Shown one piece after another: positions 23,478 to 34,114 of a stretch of 64,000 nucleotides of DNA. Positions within the stretch are counted from its first letter, which is position 1. Each line of letters starts with the position of its first letter. The stretch covers positions 396,531 through 460,530 of the forward strand of contig NW_005434634.1 of NCBI RefSeq assembly GCF_000315625.1, written 5' to 3'. The DNA is from Guillardia theta CCMP2712 (Eukaryota; Protista; Cryptophyta). The position numbers were made by a program, and so were the translations under genes. The notes beneath the pieces were generated by a model, which was given only the letters and a program-made list of their open reading frames with translations, made no database searches and was not told where the DNA came from.

Positions 23478-25682
23478 ATGTTGTGGCTGCAGCGTGTGAT
23501 CATGCTAGGAACGATGATGTTGATCATGAGCCTTGCGTCCGTTGAGGGAGGAGATCGAGGGAGGACGGCAGGAGGACGAGGAGGCAGAGCACTGGCTTGG
23601 GTCCCGCATCCTAGAATTTTCTCTCAAGGGTTCACCTGGAGACGTAGAACTCCAGCTCAAGTGTGTAAACCCTGCAAGATGAACACTGACAGCAGCGGCG
23701 AGCTTCTGTCCTCCAGCTGGAGTGCACTCAACGGCAATGTCCAGGTTTTGCTGAGTTTAAGACACAAATGCTAGGTCTGATCAGTTTGAACAACAGGTTA
23801 GACAACTAGTCAGTTCCCAGGACAGCGATAAGGAGATTGTTAGAGCACTGTGGTTCGATTCGAGCCCACAGGTGTGGCAATCCGCAATGAAGATGAAGAG
23901 AGAAAAAGAGAATGGAGAATTTCGTCCAGACTGGAATGTTCTCCCCTTTCATTCATCGAGGTTGAATCGAATCTGAAATTCTGCTTTGGATGTTGAGTTT
24001 CAATGTGGCAGGGCGTTGGCGTTTGCCTCTGCATTGATTCAGCGCGGAGGATCTCCTGCTTCTTTCGCTGAAAGGGTGAATTCTTCCTTTGCACAAGATG
24101 TAGCAGGAGTTCAGGTTGGAGTCGCAGATGCTTGTAATAGGGCTGGGGGGCGGCACGATAGTGGGATGGTCCCTTGCCAACATGCCAGGACTCAAGGAGC
24201 TTCAAGCAGTTGAGGCCGATGAGGTCGTTGTGGACATGGCCAGCAAGTTCTTTGCTCTTCCAGTGGACGACGATAGGCTGACTGTGACTGTGGCCAACGG
24301 GTGCGAATATGCGCACAAGGTGAGCACGGAAAAGAACCAGCCAAGGGTCTCACTGTAGCGCAGTTGAAGGACATGGGAAAATCCTTTGACCTCATCATCC
24401 TGGATGTTGGCAGCACAGGCGATGAAGGACATTGCACAGCCCCACCCGAAGAATTCTTGAGGGAGGAAAATATGAAGAACTTTCATGCAATTCTCGAGGA
24501 TGGTGGAGTCCTAGCCTTCACAATGATAGGTAATAGTTGTCAGGCGTGCCTCAAACATCTGAGCTGTTCCACTTTAAGGTCATCCAGCAGAGGTTCTCTT
24601 GACTCTGATGAAGAAAGTGGAAAGTATCTTTGATGGCGGGCTCTGTTTTCTGGAGAACAGAGACGTCAGTCACTCATGGTTGCGTACACCGGCATCAAAG
24701 GCAAGTAGGATCTTGTGAAGCTAAGCAGGAACTGATGATGAATAATCAGGTGGTGTATTGTGTAAAAACGCCAGGCAAAGATCAAGAAGGAATGCCAAGG
24801 AAAACAACCACACGCTCTGCAATGACCGAAAGGGCTCGGCTTTTCGATTCTGTGTTGCCTGATGGTGCAAAACTTGACATGGCAACTCGTGTTCTCCGAG
24901 AGTTCAACGACCTGCAGAGTCTTGAAACTCGTGTGCAGCAACAAAAAGTCTATGCTAGCACTAACTTAGGTCGCGGGGCTTCAAAGCAGGGAGATGAGAA
25001 TGCAGACGAGTCGGATTGGCAGCGAAGGGTCAAGAACTTCAAGCAGGGCAACAATCAAGGAAGCACGAGTGTTTCCCGCTCTCAGCTTGAAATTTTCCAG
25101 AAAAATCATCCTTTAGCTGCTGGAGTCCAAGAGCTCAGTCGCAATCTTGGCATTGCGCAAGAGAATCTCAATCAGCCTGATGTTGAAAAACAACGCCAAA
25201 TGAAGGTTTTCATGCAAAATCATCGTGGTATAAACCCTGCATTTGCATTATGAAATTGTAATGGAGGTTGGTAGGAGTCCAACGATTTGATGAGCAGCTG
25301 CAGTCAGAAGTTTTGGATGATGAAGATGTCGAGGTTGCGAGAATGTAGGTGAACGCACATGATTGACAAACGGTATTTCCAGGACAATGAGAGCAGGCAG
25401 GCAGAGCTGGAGGAGATCGAGAAGGAAATCCTGCGCGCCAGAACCCCTGATACAGATGCTACTGCAGTCTCATTCTTGAGTCTTTTGCCGGTTGACAACA
25501 AAGGAACTGAGGGATTGAAACCGGATCAACCTGAACTCTCCACGGGAAAAAGCCAAGCGAAGAAATCAGAAGATGATAAGACTCCTCGAGCACTAAATGT
25601 TGGCGACGAAGTGCGTATTCTTGTTCGGACTTTTGGGCTTTCAAGAAAGCTTGTTCAAGAAGGTGAATCTATTGAGACTTGA
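23478..25682 (+). CDS. Spermidine-synthase-fold methyltransferase resembling the METTL13/eEF1A-KNMT C-terminal domain, with signal peptide and charged C-terminal extension, multi-exon
   Basis: MLVIGLGGGT, AVEADEVVVDMASKFF, RLTVTVANG, FDLIILDVGS...CTAPPEEFL...LEDGGVLAF. N-terminal hydrophobic MLWLQRVIMLGTMMLIMSLASVEG. Confidence 0.78.
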
Positions 25683-26389
25683 GGGTAAATCAGTAAAGCG
25701 ATGCAGGGATTCAAACCGACGATCTTCGCGGCAGAGTGTCAGAGATTTCGGAAGATGTATTGCTATATTAGGAAGGATGGAACACAGTCTGATCATTGTG
25801 ACAGGATGGAGATATCTTTGGTGTCCAAGTTACCTTTGATAAGGTACGTATCAGGTAAAGAAGGAAATTTCTGATGCCGTATAGGCTGGAGGAAGCAACT
25901 TCGTTCATTTCTTTTCACCGGATGAAGTTGAGAAGGTCCGATGAAGTAAGATCGCTCGGGCGCACCTTGACTTCCCGCCGAAGGTTCGTCAGCCCGTGCC
26001 GGAACCACCATCAAAGGAACGGAGGAGCGAGAAAGGGATGCATCTCGCCCTGAACTTGGTGCTGAGTGCCCCGGTAAGGCGTCCTGAACTCAAGGTGAGG
26101 GTGTGAATCGCTGTCAGGGCATGTCTGTAGATGAGCTGCTCCCCTCGCTCGAGGAGACGATAAGTGCCAACACGGGCATCAAGGTGAGTCGTATGAGCGC
26201 ATTCGAGGGATGATGGACTCGTAGGGTCAGAAAATCAGCTCCGGTGTGATGCTCGAAGGAGAGTGGGATGATGTGATGGAGGTGAGATGTGAACAAGGGG
26301 CTCGGCTGGATGGCTGACTTGCAACTAGACAGCGAAGAGATGCTGCATGCTTGCGAAGGAGACCAGCAAGGTTTGTCGCACCACGTCGT

Positions 26390-27178
26390 TTACAGGAGTA
26401 ATGGAAGCTCGCAGGGCGAAGTTCTATTCTCCATTGCCATCGTCAACAATCCTGTCCCCTGAATAATTTCGTTCCGATCGTAAATCAACAGTTACATGAC
26501 GGTTAAGACGCCCTTGCCGCGCACAAGATGCGTCACCTGCAATGCACCTCTTGTCATAACCAACAGCAAGGAGAAAAGTCTTACGTATCGCTCGCCTGTC
26601 CGCCTCTTCTCGAAGGACAGTTTAACTACCTGCCTCGGCTTGTCAAACAATGTCTTGGAGGAGCGATATACTCTCACTGTTCCAGAAGGACCAAGCACAT
26701 GCTTTCCGAGCTCGCAAAGTGGCTGGCCGTATACGTCCTTGTCGTCCACAGCACAGAGCGCGTCGCCTATCTCAATTATCCCTGTTTGCTCAGCCGGGCC
26801 TCCAGGAACCTGTAAAGATCAGGCGTGAACAACCTGAAGAGAGCACCAAAACGGCAAAGATACCAGGCTCTTGACCCTCGCCACGCTGTCATTCTGTCCC
26901 TCGAGCCGCCCAAAGTATGCTCCCACCCCGACAGCCTCATCAGCCGAAGCATTAAATCTCCACGAGTCCTGCGTGGGCTGAGCCACATAGTGCCGGCGAG
27001 GAGACGGATGTTCAACAGTGTCTGTTCGTGAACGCTCCGTTGGTGTCATCACAGTCTCCCTCTTATCTCGTTCTTGAGGATGATTCCTCTTCACACACGC
27101 TGTCTCGGCGAAAAAACCAGTTTCGTCGCTGCAAGAACCGCACAAGCGATCGTCCTCACGACTTTCAGTGGCACCCAT
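26390..27178 (-). CDS. Small PDZ-domain protein with predicted N-myristoylation, multi-exon, 3' end approximate
   Basis: Start MGATES (MGxxxS) with nearby Cys (LCGSC). Spliced PDZ: GVGAYF...VARVKSL|VPGGPAEQTGIIEIGDALCAVDDKDVYGQPLCELGKHVLGPSGT..VKLSF. Confidence 0.78.
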
Positions 27179-28249
27179 TTTTCGTTGTGAGCTGAAAGCC
27201 TGCAGGGGAGGCTGAGCCCAATAAGCTGCCTCCCCAGGAAGGATATTCAAGTTTCAACCCTAACTCAACACTGCAGCTGGCAGTTAGCGACCCCACAGAT
27301 ATCCGGAAAAGCAAACATCTTGATTGAATATTTAAAGTTTCACATGGTATCATGCTCTATTGGAGTTTTTCCACCTGCCTGTCTGCCTACCTTCTGAATC
27401 CATCGCTCGAAAATCCTACCTCCATTGAACCCGTGAGAAAGCTTCACTTTATGGTATCTCACTCCTCTTTCAACGGAATCCCACTTTTCTCGCTTCATTC
27501 CCCTCCATCCCTCTCTTCCCTTCTACAACTCACTCGTCTACTCTGCTCCATCTTAATCGACCATCTTCCTCTGCTCTAGTTCATTACATTTCTCTTCACT
27601 TTCTTGTTCTTTGCCTCGCTTACCACGGTCCAGAAATGTTTCGTCGCACTGATTGACCCTGGATATTGTTCTGCACGTATTCCTTCCTCTCCTATCTTCT
27701 TTCCATCTCTCATCTATGTTGTTGTGCGCTTTCTCCACTAGCATCCCCTCCCTCCATCCTCGTTCCTCCAGTCAGTAAACTCCCCTCTCGCCCATTCCTC
27801 AGGATATCTCTTCACCATTTTTCAATCACCTACCGTCGACTACCCCTTTCGTACATCTCTACCCCCACCGGTTCAGGCCCTCCAACAACAAACCCACCCC
27901 TACCTCCGACCACCTTCCCACCCTACCACAATGGAAACTATTTTATTCGACGTTTCACGGTACCGTTACCAACTGGGTAAACTACAGTTACAAACCCGTT
28001 TCTCCACGTTACACAGCCGTTGATGGTTCCAACTGACATTCCGTTGGCGTCCTCCTCGCTGCTTTGGTTCCTCGATCTTCCTCCCCCTCCCTTGACCCTC
28101 CTGCCCTCTCTCTGTCCCTGCTTCAGGACTGAGAGTATCCTTCTCTACTCTCTTGCTTTTCTCCTTTCTCATACTCCCTTATTCAAGTTCTCAACTACTT
28201 TCATCCTGGGTAGTCTATTCCGATCCTTTTGGACTGCTTCATTGTTGAA

Positions 28250-29873
28250 ATGGCGAGGAGCACTTCTGGCCTCTCCGTCAACTCCCTGAGCGCGCAGCCT
28301 GTCATTCCCTTGGGACAGACTACAGTTTTGACATCAGACGAACTTGATCGTATACGGAAGACTCTATTGCATACAGATGCTAAAACTCAAGGGCAAAATT
28401 TGCAGTCTGAGGTCCTCCGCTCTTGCTATGCTTGTCCTCTTCTAACATGATTCGCAGGATGATCGACTTCGTGACAAACTCCGAGACATGTCACGAACAC
28501 GCATGGAAGGATGGAACAATACCTTGGAAGCAAGGCGTAGACAAAAGGAAGCAGAAAGAATGGCAAAATCTGAAGAATATGAACAGAAGCGCAGGATTCA
28601 AGATCGGGAAGAAGCTGAATTTCAGGCAGCTGAAAGGAAGAAATGCATCCAGAGGGCAACAGCTCTGTTATATGAAAACACCGAGCGCGTGAAGACTTTT
28701 GGCAGCAAGCTCTACTTAAGCGATGTCATGAAAGAGCGTGAGCTGCAGATTGAAATCAAGAGCAAGATTAAGGAACGAAAAATTGCCGAGGAAAAACTGT
28801 GGCATGAAAGAACCATTGAAGCTGTCAAAATTGGTGATGAGGAAGAGGAGAAGAAGAAGAAGGAAGCGCTCGACCGTGCATTGCATGCAAAGCAAGTCCA
28901 ATTAGACCAGCTCGAAGACTTCCGTGTAAGATATGTCTCTCAAAAGTTAGAGGAACGCCGGGAAGGAGAACTGATCAAGCAGAGAGTTGAAGCTCACATC
29001 TTGGAAGAAAAGCAGAAGGAGCAGGAACGAAGAAAGGTAATTCCTAATTGGATTTTCACATCTTGAATTTATCTGACTGACTTGTCTTTTCAAAGCTTGA
29101 AGCAGAACGAGCAAAGAAGACGATGCTTGATAATCAACGGCTTCGGGAAGAAAAGAAGATTTCTGACCAAAAGGCACAAGAGGAGGAAGAGCGAAGAATT
29201 CAATACTTTGCTGATGAGAAAGAGCGCAAGACGCGAATGAGAGAAGAACGAGAAGCTGAGATCATGGCTCAGAAGCAAGGAATTCGTCAGCGCATGATTG
29301 ATCGACAAGTTGCCTATCTGCAATCATTGAGGAAAAATGAGAATGAGCGCATAGCAGGACAGGTTCGTGAGGCAGAAGCCAAGCGGGATGCGGAATTGAG
29401 CGCCAAGAATGAGAAGTTGAGGAGAGAGTTGGAAGAGATGCGGGCGTTGAACACCGCACAACTCCAGAAGAAAGCGGAGCAAAAGAGGCTCGACAGGGAG
29501 CAAGGAGAAATCGATGCCAAGAAATTCGAAGCCGAGTACGAGGCTGGACTCGCTGCAGACAGAGCTGCGGAGGCACGCAGACGAGCGAAGAGAATTGAAC
29601 TCAAGAATTACCATGTCAAACAGGTGCCTGGGAGTTTGAATTGCAAGACCCTCACTGACGTTTGTGTATCAGGCGAAAGCAAAGACTTTATTCCTTCAAC
29701 GTGAGAAGGATGAGGAATTGAGCGAACAAGAACTTGTCAAGCAGAAACTCAAAGAGGAAGATCTCCTGTTTGAAAGGTACTCTCAAGCTCTCGTGGAGCA
29801 GTACAAGGCAGAAGGCAAGAATATCAAGCCTCTGCTGCTTGAATTAGCAAAGATGAAGTCTGAGGGTAGATAA
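28250..29873 (+). CDS. CFAP210: Cilia/flagella microtubule inner protein CFAP210 (CCDC173)-like, trichohyalin-plectin homology coiled coil, 4 exons
   Basis: WNNTLEARRRQK...IQDREEAEFQAAERKKCIQRATALLYENTERVKTFGSKLYLSDVMKERELQI resembles CCDC173. Long E/K/R/Q-rich helix. Confidence 0.75.
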
Positions 29874-29901
29874 AGCAACATTTCAATTTGAGAACAATGA
29901 A

Positions 29902-30283
29902 TCATGAAAAATCAAGCAGCAGCTGTGGAAAGTGTCACTTTTTAGCCTTGACTTTTCAACCTGTACCTGAGGAAGAATCTTTTCCAACTTAAAAAGAAAA
30001 CACGCATAGAGCAAGAACAAGAAACAACAACGGGGAATTAATGTCAGATCTTTGGAATGAAACATACTCTACATCTTACATGCTGGATCCCAATCTTGTT
30101 CGACCCGTCAAGCTGCGCAGCAGAAGCGGCTCGTGCTACAGTTTCCCGGACAAATGCATCTACCATGAATCCGGCAACTTTACCAGCTGAGCTTGAGATC
30201 TTGACCGAGGGATCAAGAGCATGGGCTTGACGTGCCAGCCGCTTTCTTATCCGCTCACTCGCAAGTATGTGAGTCTCCGACAT
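29902..30283 (-). CDS. CENPX: Centromere protein X / FANCM-associated histone-fold protein MHF2, 3 exons
   Basis: VKISSSAGKVAGFMVDAFVRETVARAASAAQ...IGIQH|LEKILPQ|LLLDFS* gives the diagnostic C-terminal LEKILPQLLLDF after splicing. Confidence 0.9.
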
Positions 30284-30466
30284 TTCTCCCTCTCAAGTAT
30301 GACCCACCCCCCTACGAGTGTGAGTACCCCAGTAGTCAATCCCATCTACCCCCTACTTGAATTGCCCGTGAAATGTAATATACTCACCACCCGTCCCCTC
30401 TATACTGTGTCCTTCTTTTTCAGTCAAATAAAAAGCATACTGTGGGTCGGTCAGGCCCCGTGCAAT

Positions 30467-31038
30467 ATGGCTAGCCACGGTTGGGATGCGTATGAGGAGC
30501 TGGGTGTGAGCTGCTCAGCGAGCCTTGAGGAGGTGAGAGAAAGAGATGGAGATGTTTGCTTGTGAGCCCATGCACACAGATAAAATCGGCTTTCCGCGAA
30601 AAAGCGAGAAAGTTTCACCCGGATAAGATGTGTGCGGCAGGAGAAGCGGAGCCATTCATCAGGATAAGAAAAGCCTATGAAATTCTGTCAGACGAAACTT
30701 CGCGGTCGAACTATGATCGGTCTCTGGTATACTCTGTGAATAGCTCTTCAAATATTCATGAAGTGGATTTGGGTATGTCACTGTGTAACTTCCTTCGTCT
30801 TCAAAAGTGTAATTGTGTTTGCAGATGATATGGAATATGATGAAGCGTCTGAGACATTTTCTCAGTCGTGCAGATGCTCAGGAAGATATGCAATATCAGT
30901 TTCACAGATGGAGAAAGGTGTGTCTCTTTGGTTGGATTCCTTATCCATCAAAGTAATATTTGCCCAGGATTCGACACAGTATGCTGTAGCAGTTGTTCAT
31001 TGTGTATACGAATACTTTATGAAATAGAAGAGAGTTGA
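30467..31038 (+). CDS. DPH4: Diphthamide biosynthesis J-protein DPH4/DNAJC24 (J domain plus CSL zinc finger), 4 exons
   Basis: YEELGV...IKSAFREKARKFHPDK J domain, then VDLDDM...SCRCSGRY...VCCSSCSLCIRI CSL finger. Stop at 31036-31038. Confidence 0.92.
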
Positions 31039-31063
31039 AGCTCTTAACTCTTACATATATGTT

Positions 31064-33127
31064 TCATGCCAACAGATAGGTTTGCATGTAATCCTCCGCC
31101 ACCTCGAACATGCTAATGCTATCCATCACAAAGCCATACTGCGTGTTGCTCAAGGTCGACAAGGAGTCATCGAACATATTTCATACCTTGATGAGTTGAG
31201 CTCTCAATCTTCGCATTCTATTCAATGCAGAATCACAGCAAGTCTCCGAATTCACCAGCACAATCAAGCTTTTGGCTTCCTCAGCTGTTGAAGGCTCGCT
31301 GACCTCCTCCCCACCCGCCAACCTTTCCAAAGAATCAATCAGGGGGCTCTATCACACTTTCATACCTGAGTAGTTTGCTCAAACTACTTCCATCTGGGTT
31401 CTTCATTCTCGACTTGTCAAGGAGACAAAATCTTTTTCCTCCAAGCTGACAAATAGTGAGAATCGAGGGAAGTTGCTTTGTACGTGTGAACCTTAGCCGG
31501 AGCAAAGATGTCGACACTAGAATGCATCATCAATGAAAGGATTTCCGAACGCTTGAGGGGTCCAAAGTGCTTCCTCTTTCCAACAGTACATCCTCGAACG
31601 ATTTCGCTGTCATTTGGATTTAACCATGCTTGTATACAACGTGAGATGGCGAAAATCATCAAGATGGTTACCTTTTGCCTTTTGACATCGACGAAGCCAT
31701 ACGGGACTCACGAGTTCCACACCACACAGCATTGCATAACAAAACCTGGTAGAAGTCAAATACAACGGTAGCCAAGAAGCATACTACTTCAAAGTTCTTA
31801 TGCTAAGCAAAGATTCGTCTACACAACAAATCATATGAGTCACTGACGAATCTACGTCTTCCTTGCATGATCCACCAAGAACCTGAGTTACAAAGTCAAA
31901 AAATTCAATCCGATGGGTCATACAGTGATTTCACGTGCACAATACATCGAAGTTCCATCGCCTCTACTCGACCTGTATTCATGAATTGTCAACCAATGCG
32001 TCTTGATGAAAAAAAAGAGATTATACCCATCCCAGTAAATGCTACGACTGGCCGAAAAGGTACTGGAAAATATAAACTATTAATGAGGGCAGGAGCAAAA
32101 TGTGCAAAAGGGGTTCACGAATACCTCTCGGACAATTGGAACTTGGTTCAACTTCATCATTGACAAAGCTCCTTCTCTTTGGAGTCTCTGTCATCAATGT
32201 GGATAATCCATCGTATCGAATATAGGTTGCATGTGGTGTTCCCGGAGAAAGAGATGCTCGGTGGCTCTTTTTGGGATTCTTTACAGTAGCAGGCGTGACA
32301 GTAGCATGCAAAGCACTCCTTCTGCCATCCATTGTATTGGGACCCTCTGTGATTCTACTCTTCTTATCTGGCGTGTTTTCGGATTCATCGGTAGTTGTAG
32401 ACAAATCACATTCATCACCATTGCCACGGAAATTCTTCTCCATCCGGGAGCTTTGATCGGACGAAGCTTTAGAAATAAGGATGGCATCCATTGTCTCCGC
32501 ATTCAACTGTACAACTTCCTGGTGTTGTCCGACTTTCTCTGAGACAGCACTGCTCAGTCCCGTTACATCATTTTCTTCATGAAACTCTATCGGAATCTCC
32601 AGGGAAGGCCCGAAATCAATGTCATAGTAAGAGCCATTGACCTCATTGTTGCTTTCATCTACATCCAGCATTGCCGCATGGTAATGTTCCTTCTCAAGCC
32701 CATTGTTGTTAACCCCTTCATCTACATTTGCAACATCCTCCACAGTTTGTTTTGCGTGCTGACGGGGCCTGCCTCGTTTTTTCCGCTTCCCGGCGACCGA
32801 TCTGGCCTTCCACAATGCTTCTCTGGGTGTTTCGGTTTCTGGACTGATCATACCAAGTGCAATGGCCAACTTCTTCGTGATTCCTGTCACCGTTTTCAGC
32901 GTATTGTTCTTCGCCAACGTTCGACGGTTTGTGCCGGGGGTTCTGCAAGATGGACACTCGCTATGGTTGTCTTTGATATACTCACAGATGCACTCTTCGC
33001 AAAAGTTATGCTGACAGGGTGCAGTCCTGGGATCAATCAAGAAATCCAAACATATGGGGCACTTCGTTTCTTGAATCAGCTCCTCAACAGCATTGCGAAG
33101 TTCCCTGTTGTTGGAAATCGAGTCCAT
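31064..33127 (-). CDS. RING finger plus tandem BRCT protein (BRCA1/BARD1-like), multi-exon at the 3' end
   Basis: C3HC4 RING CPICLDFL...PCQHNFCEECI...CPSCR. Disordered linker with KRKKRGRPR. BRCT-like pieces PVVAFTG, VTHMICCVD, YAMLCGVELVSPVWL and FVMDSISMF near the stop. Confidence 0.75.
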
Positions 33128-33289
33128 GACCACAAAGAGGGAAAAATGCCTCCCCTCTTCTATACACTGAATGACAGCTATCAGAATAGCTATCTACTCT
33201 TCACCATCATCTCAACCTTTTCGGCTGTTGCAGCTGCATTCCCAGCACACGTTGCCTTCCCGCCATTGTGCCTTTCACAAACTTTTGAG

Positions 33290-33775
33290 AGCCGTCGCCG
33301 GGCACGCCGGGCCCGCCTGGCATTGAGAGTTAGGGCGCCGCGCCAGCGCCGCGCCAGCGGGCGGCCGCGCTGGCTCTGACTCGCCGGGCCCGGCCGGGCC
33401 CGCGGGGGGGCCGCCGGGCCGGGGGGCCGGGGGGAGGTGACTCCTGACCCGGCGGCGTCGGGTGACTAGTACCGTCGGTTCGGCCCGCGTCCCCGGGATT
33501 GCCGCAGTGCTGCCGGGTGCAACTCACTGTCACAGTTTGTTCAACTTGAAATCAAATGCTGGTCAGCCAGGTTGCCATGCCACTTCAAGTCAGTGAACAA
33601 GGTAACTTCAGTGAGGCTCCATGGTTCTGAATGATCATGATTTTACTTATCTTTGAGTAAAGACCGTCGACATACTCCGGCCGCCACAATGATCCCGGAT
33701 GCTGACTCAGTGGCATCCCGGGCCGGAGTCCGGTCACCAGTGACGGGCTGCTGGCATGCCGGGCGGCGTCAAAGT
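33290..33775. repeat. Bipartite CCGG/GGCC palindrome island in the divergent promoter between the BRCA1-like and giant IPT genes
   Basis: GC blocks at about 33290-33520 and 33675-33770 around a less GC-rich core. Includes the perfect palindrome gggcccggccgggccc. Confidence 0.7.
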
Positions 33776-34114
33776 GAAAAGTGCATGACAAGCTAGTTTT
33801 TTTATTTTTATCTTCATCAACCGATAGCCCCCTACCCCCTCACCCGTCAGGATGAACCATTACCCTACCCTCATTTTCAATACTATGTCAAAGGTCTCTA
33901 CTAGGGGTACTTGTGAGGATGGACCCACCAGACTTAATCTTCCATCAAGTAGGTCAAAACCGTTGCGCCCGCTGATGCGTGCAGAGGGAATAAAGAGGAG
34001 GCAAGCAAGAGACTATAGCGAGGATTACGTCGCCATCGCCACCCCAAGGTGCCATGTGGTTCTAAATTGTGGAGTTTGACAGTAGCCTACACTATACATA
34101 CACCCACGCCCTTC

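Noticed and set aside
25700-26380. Possible extra gene between the methyltransferase and PDZ genes
   Set aside because: Only short ORFs with no coherent splice model. May be UTR.
16126-33127. Apparent DNA-repair cluster (Mre11-Rad50 fusion, MHF2, BRCA1-like)
   Set aside because: Interspersed with unrelated genes, and the fusion may be organelle-targeted. Chance is adequate without synteny data.
31100-33130. Hexapeptide VMDSIS at both ends of the RING-BRCT ORF
   Set aside because: Different codons and no wider similarity, so treated as coincidence.
32579-33379. 266-aa plus-strand ORF
   Set aside because: Antisense shadow of the RING-BRCT gene with no recognisable motifs.
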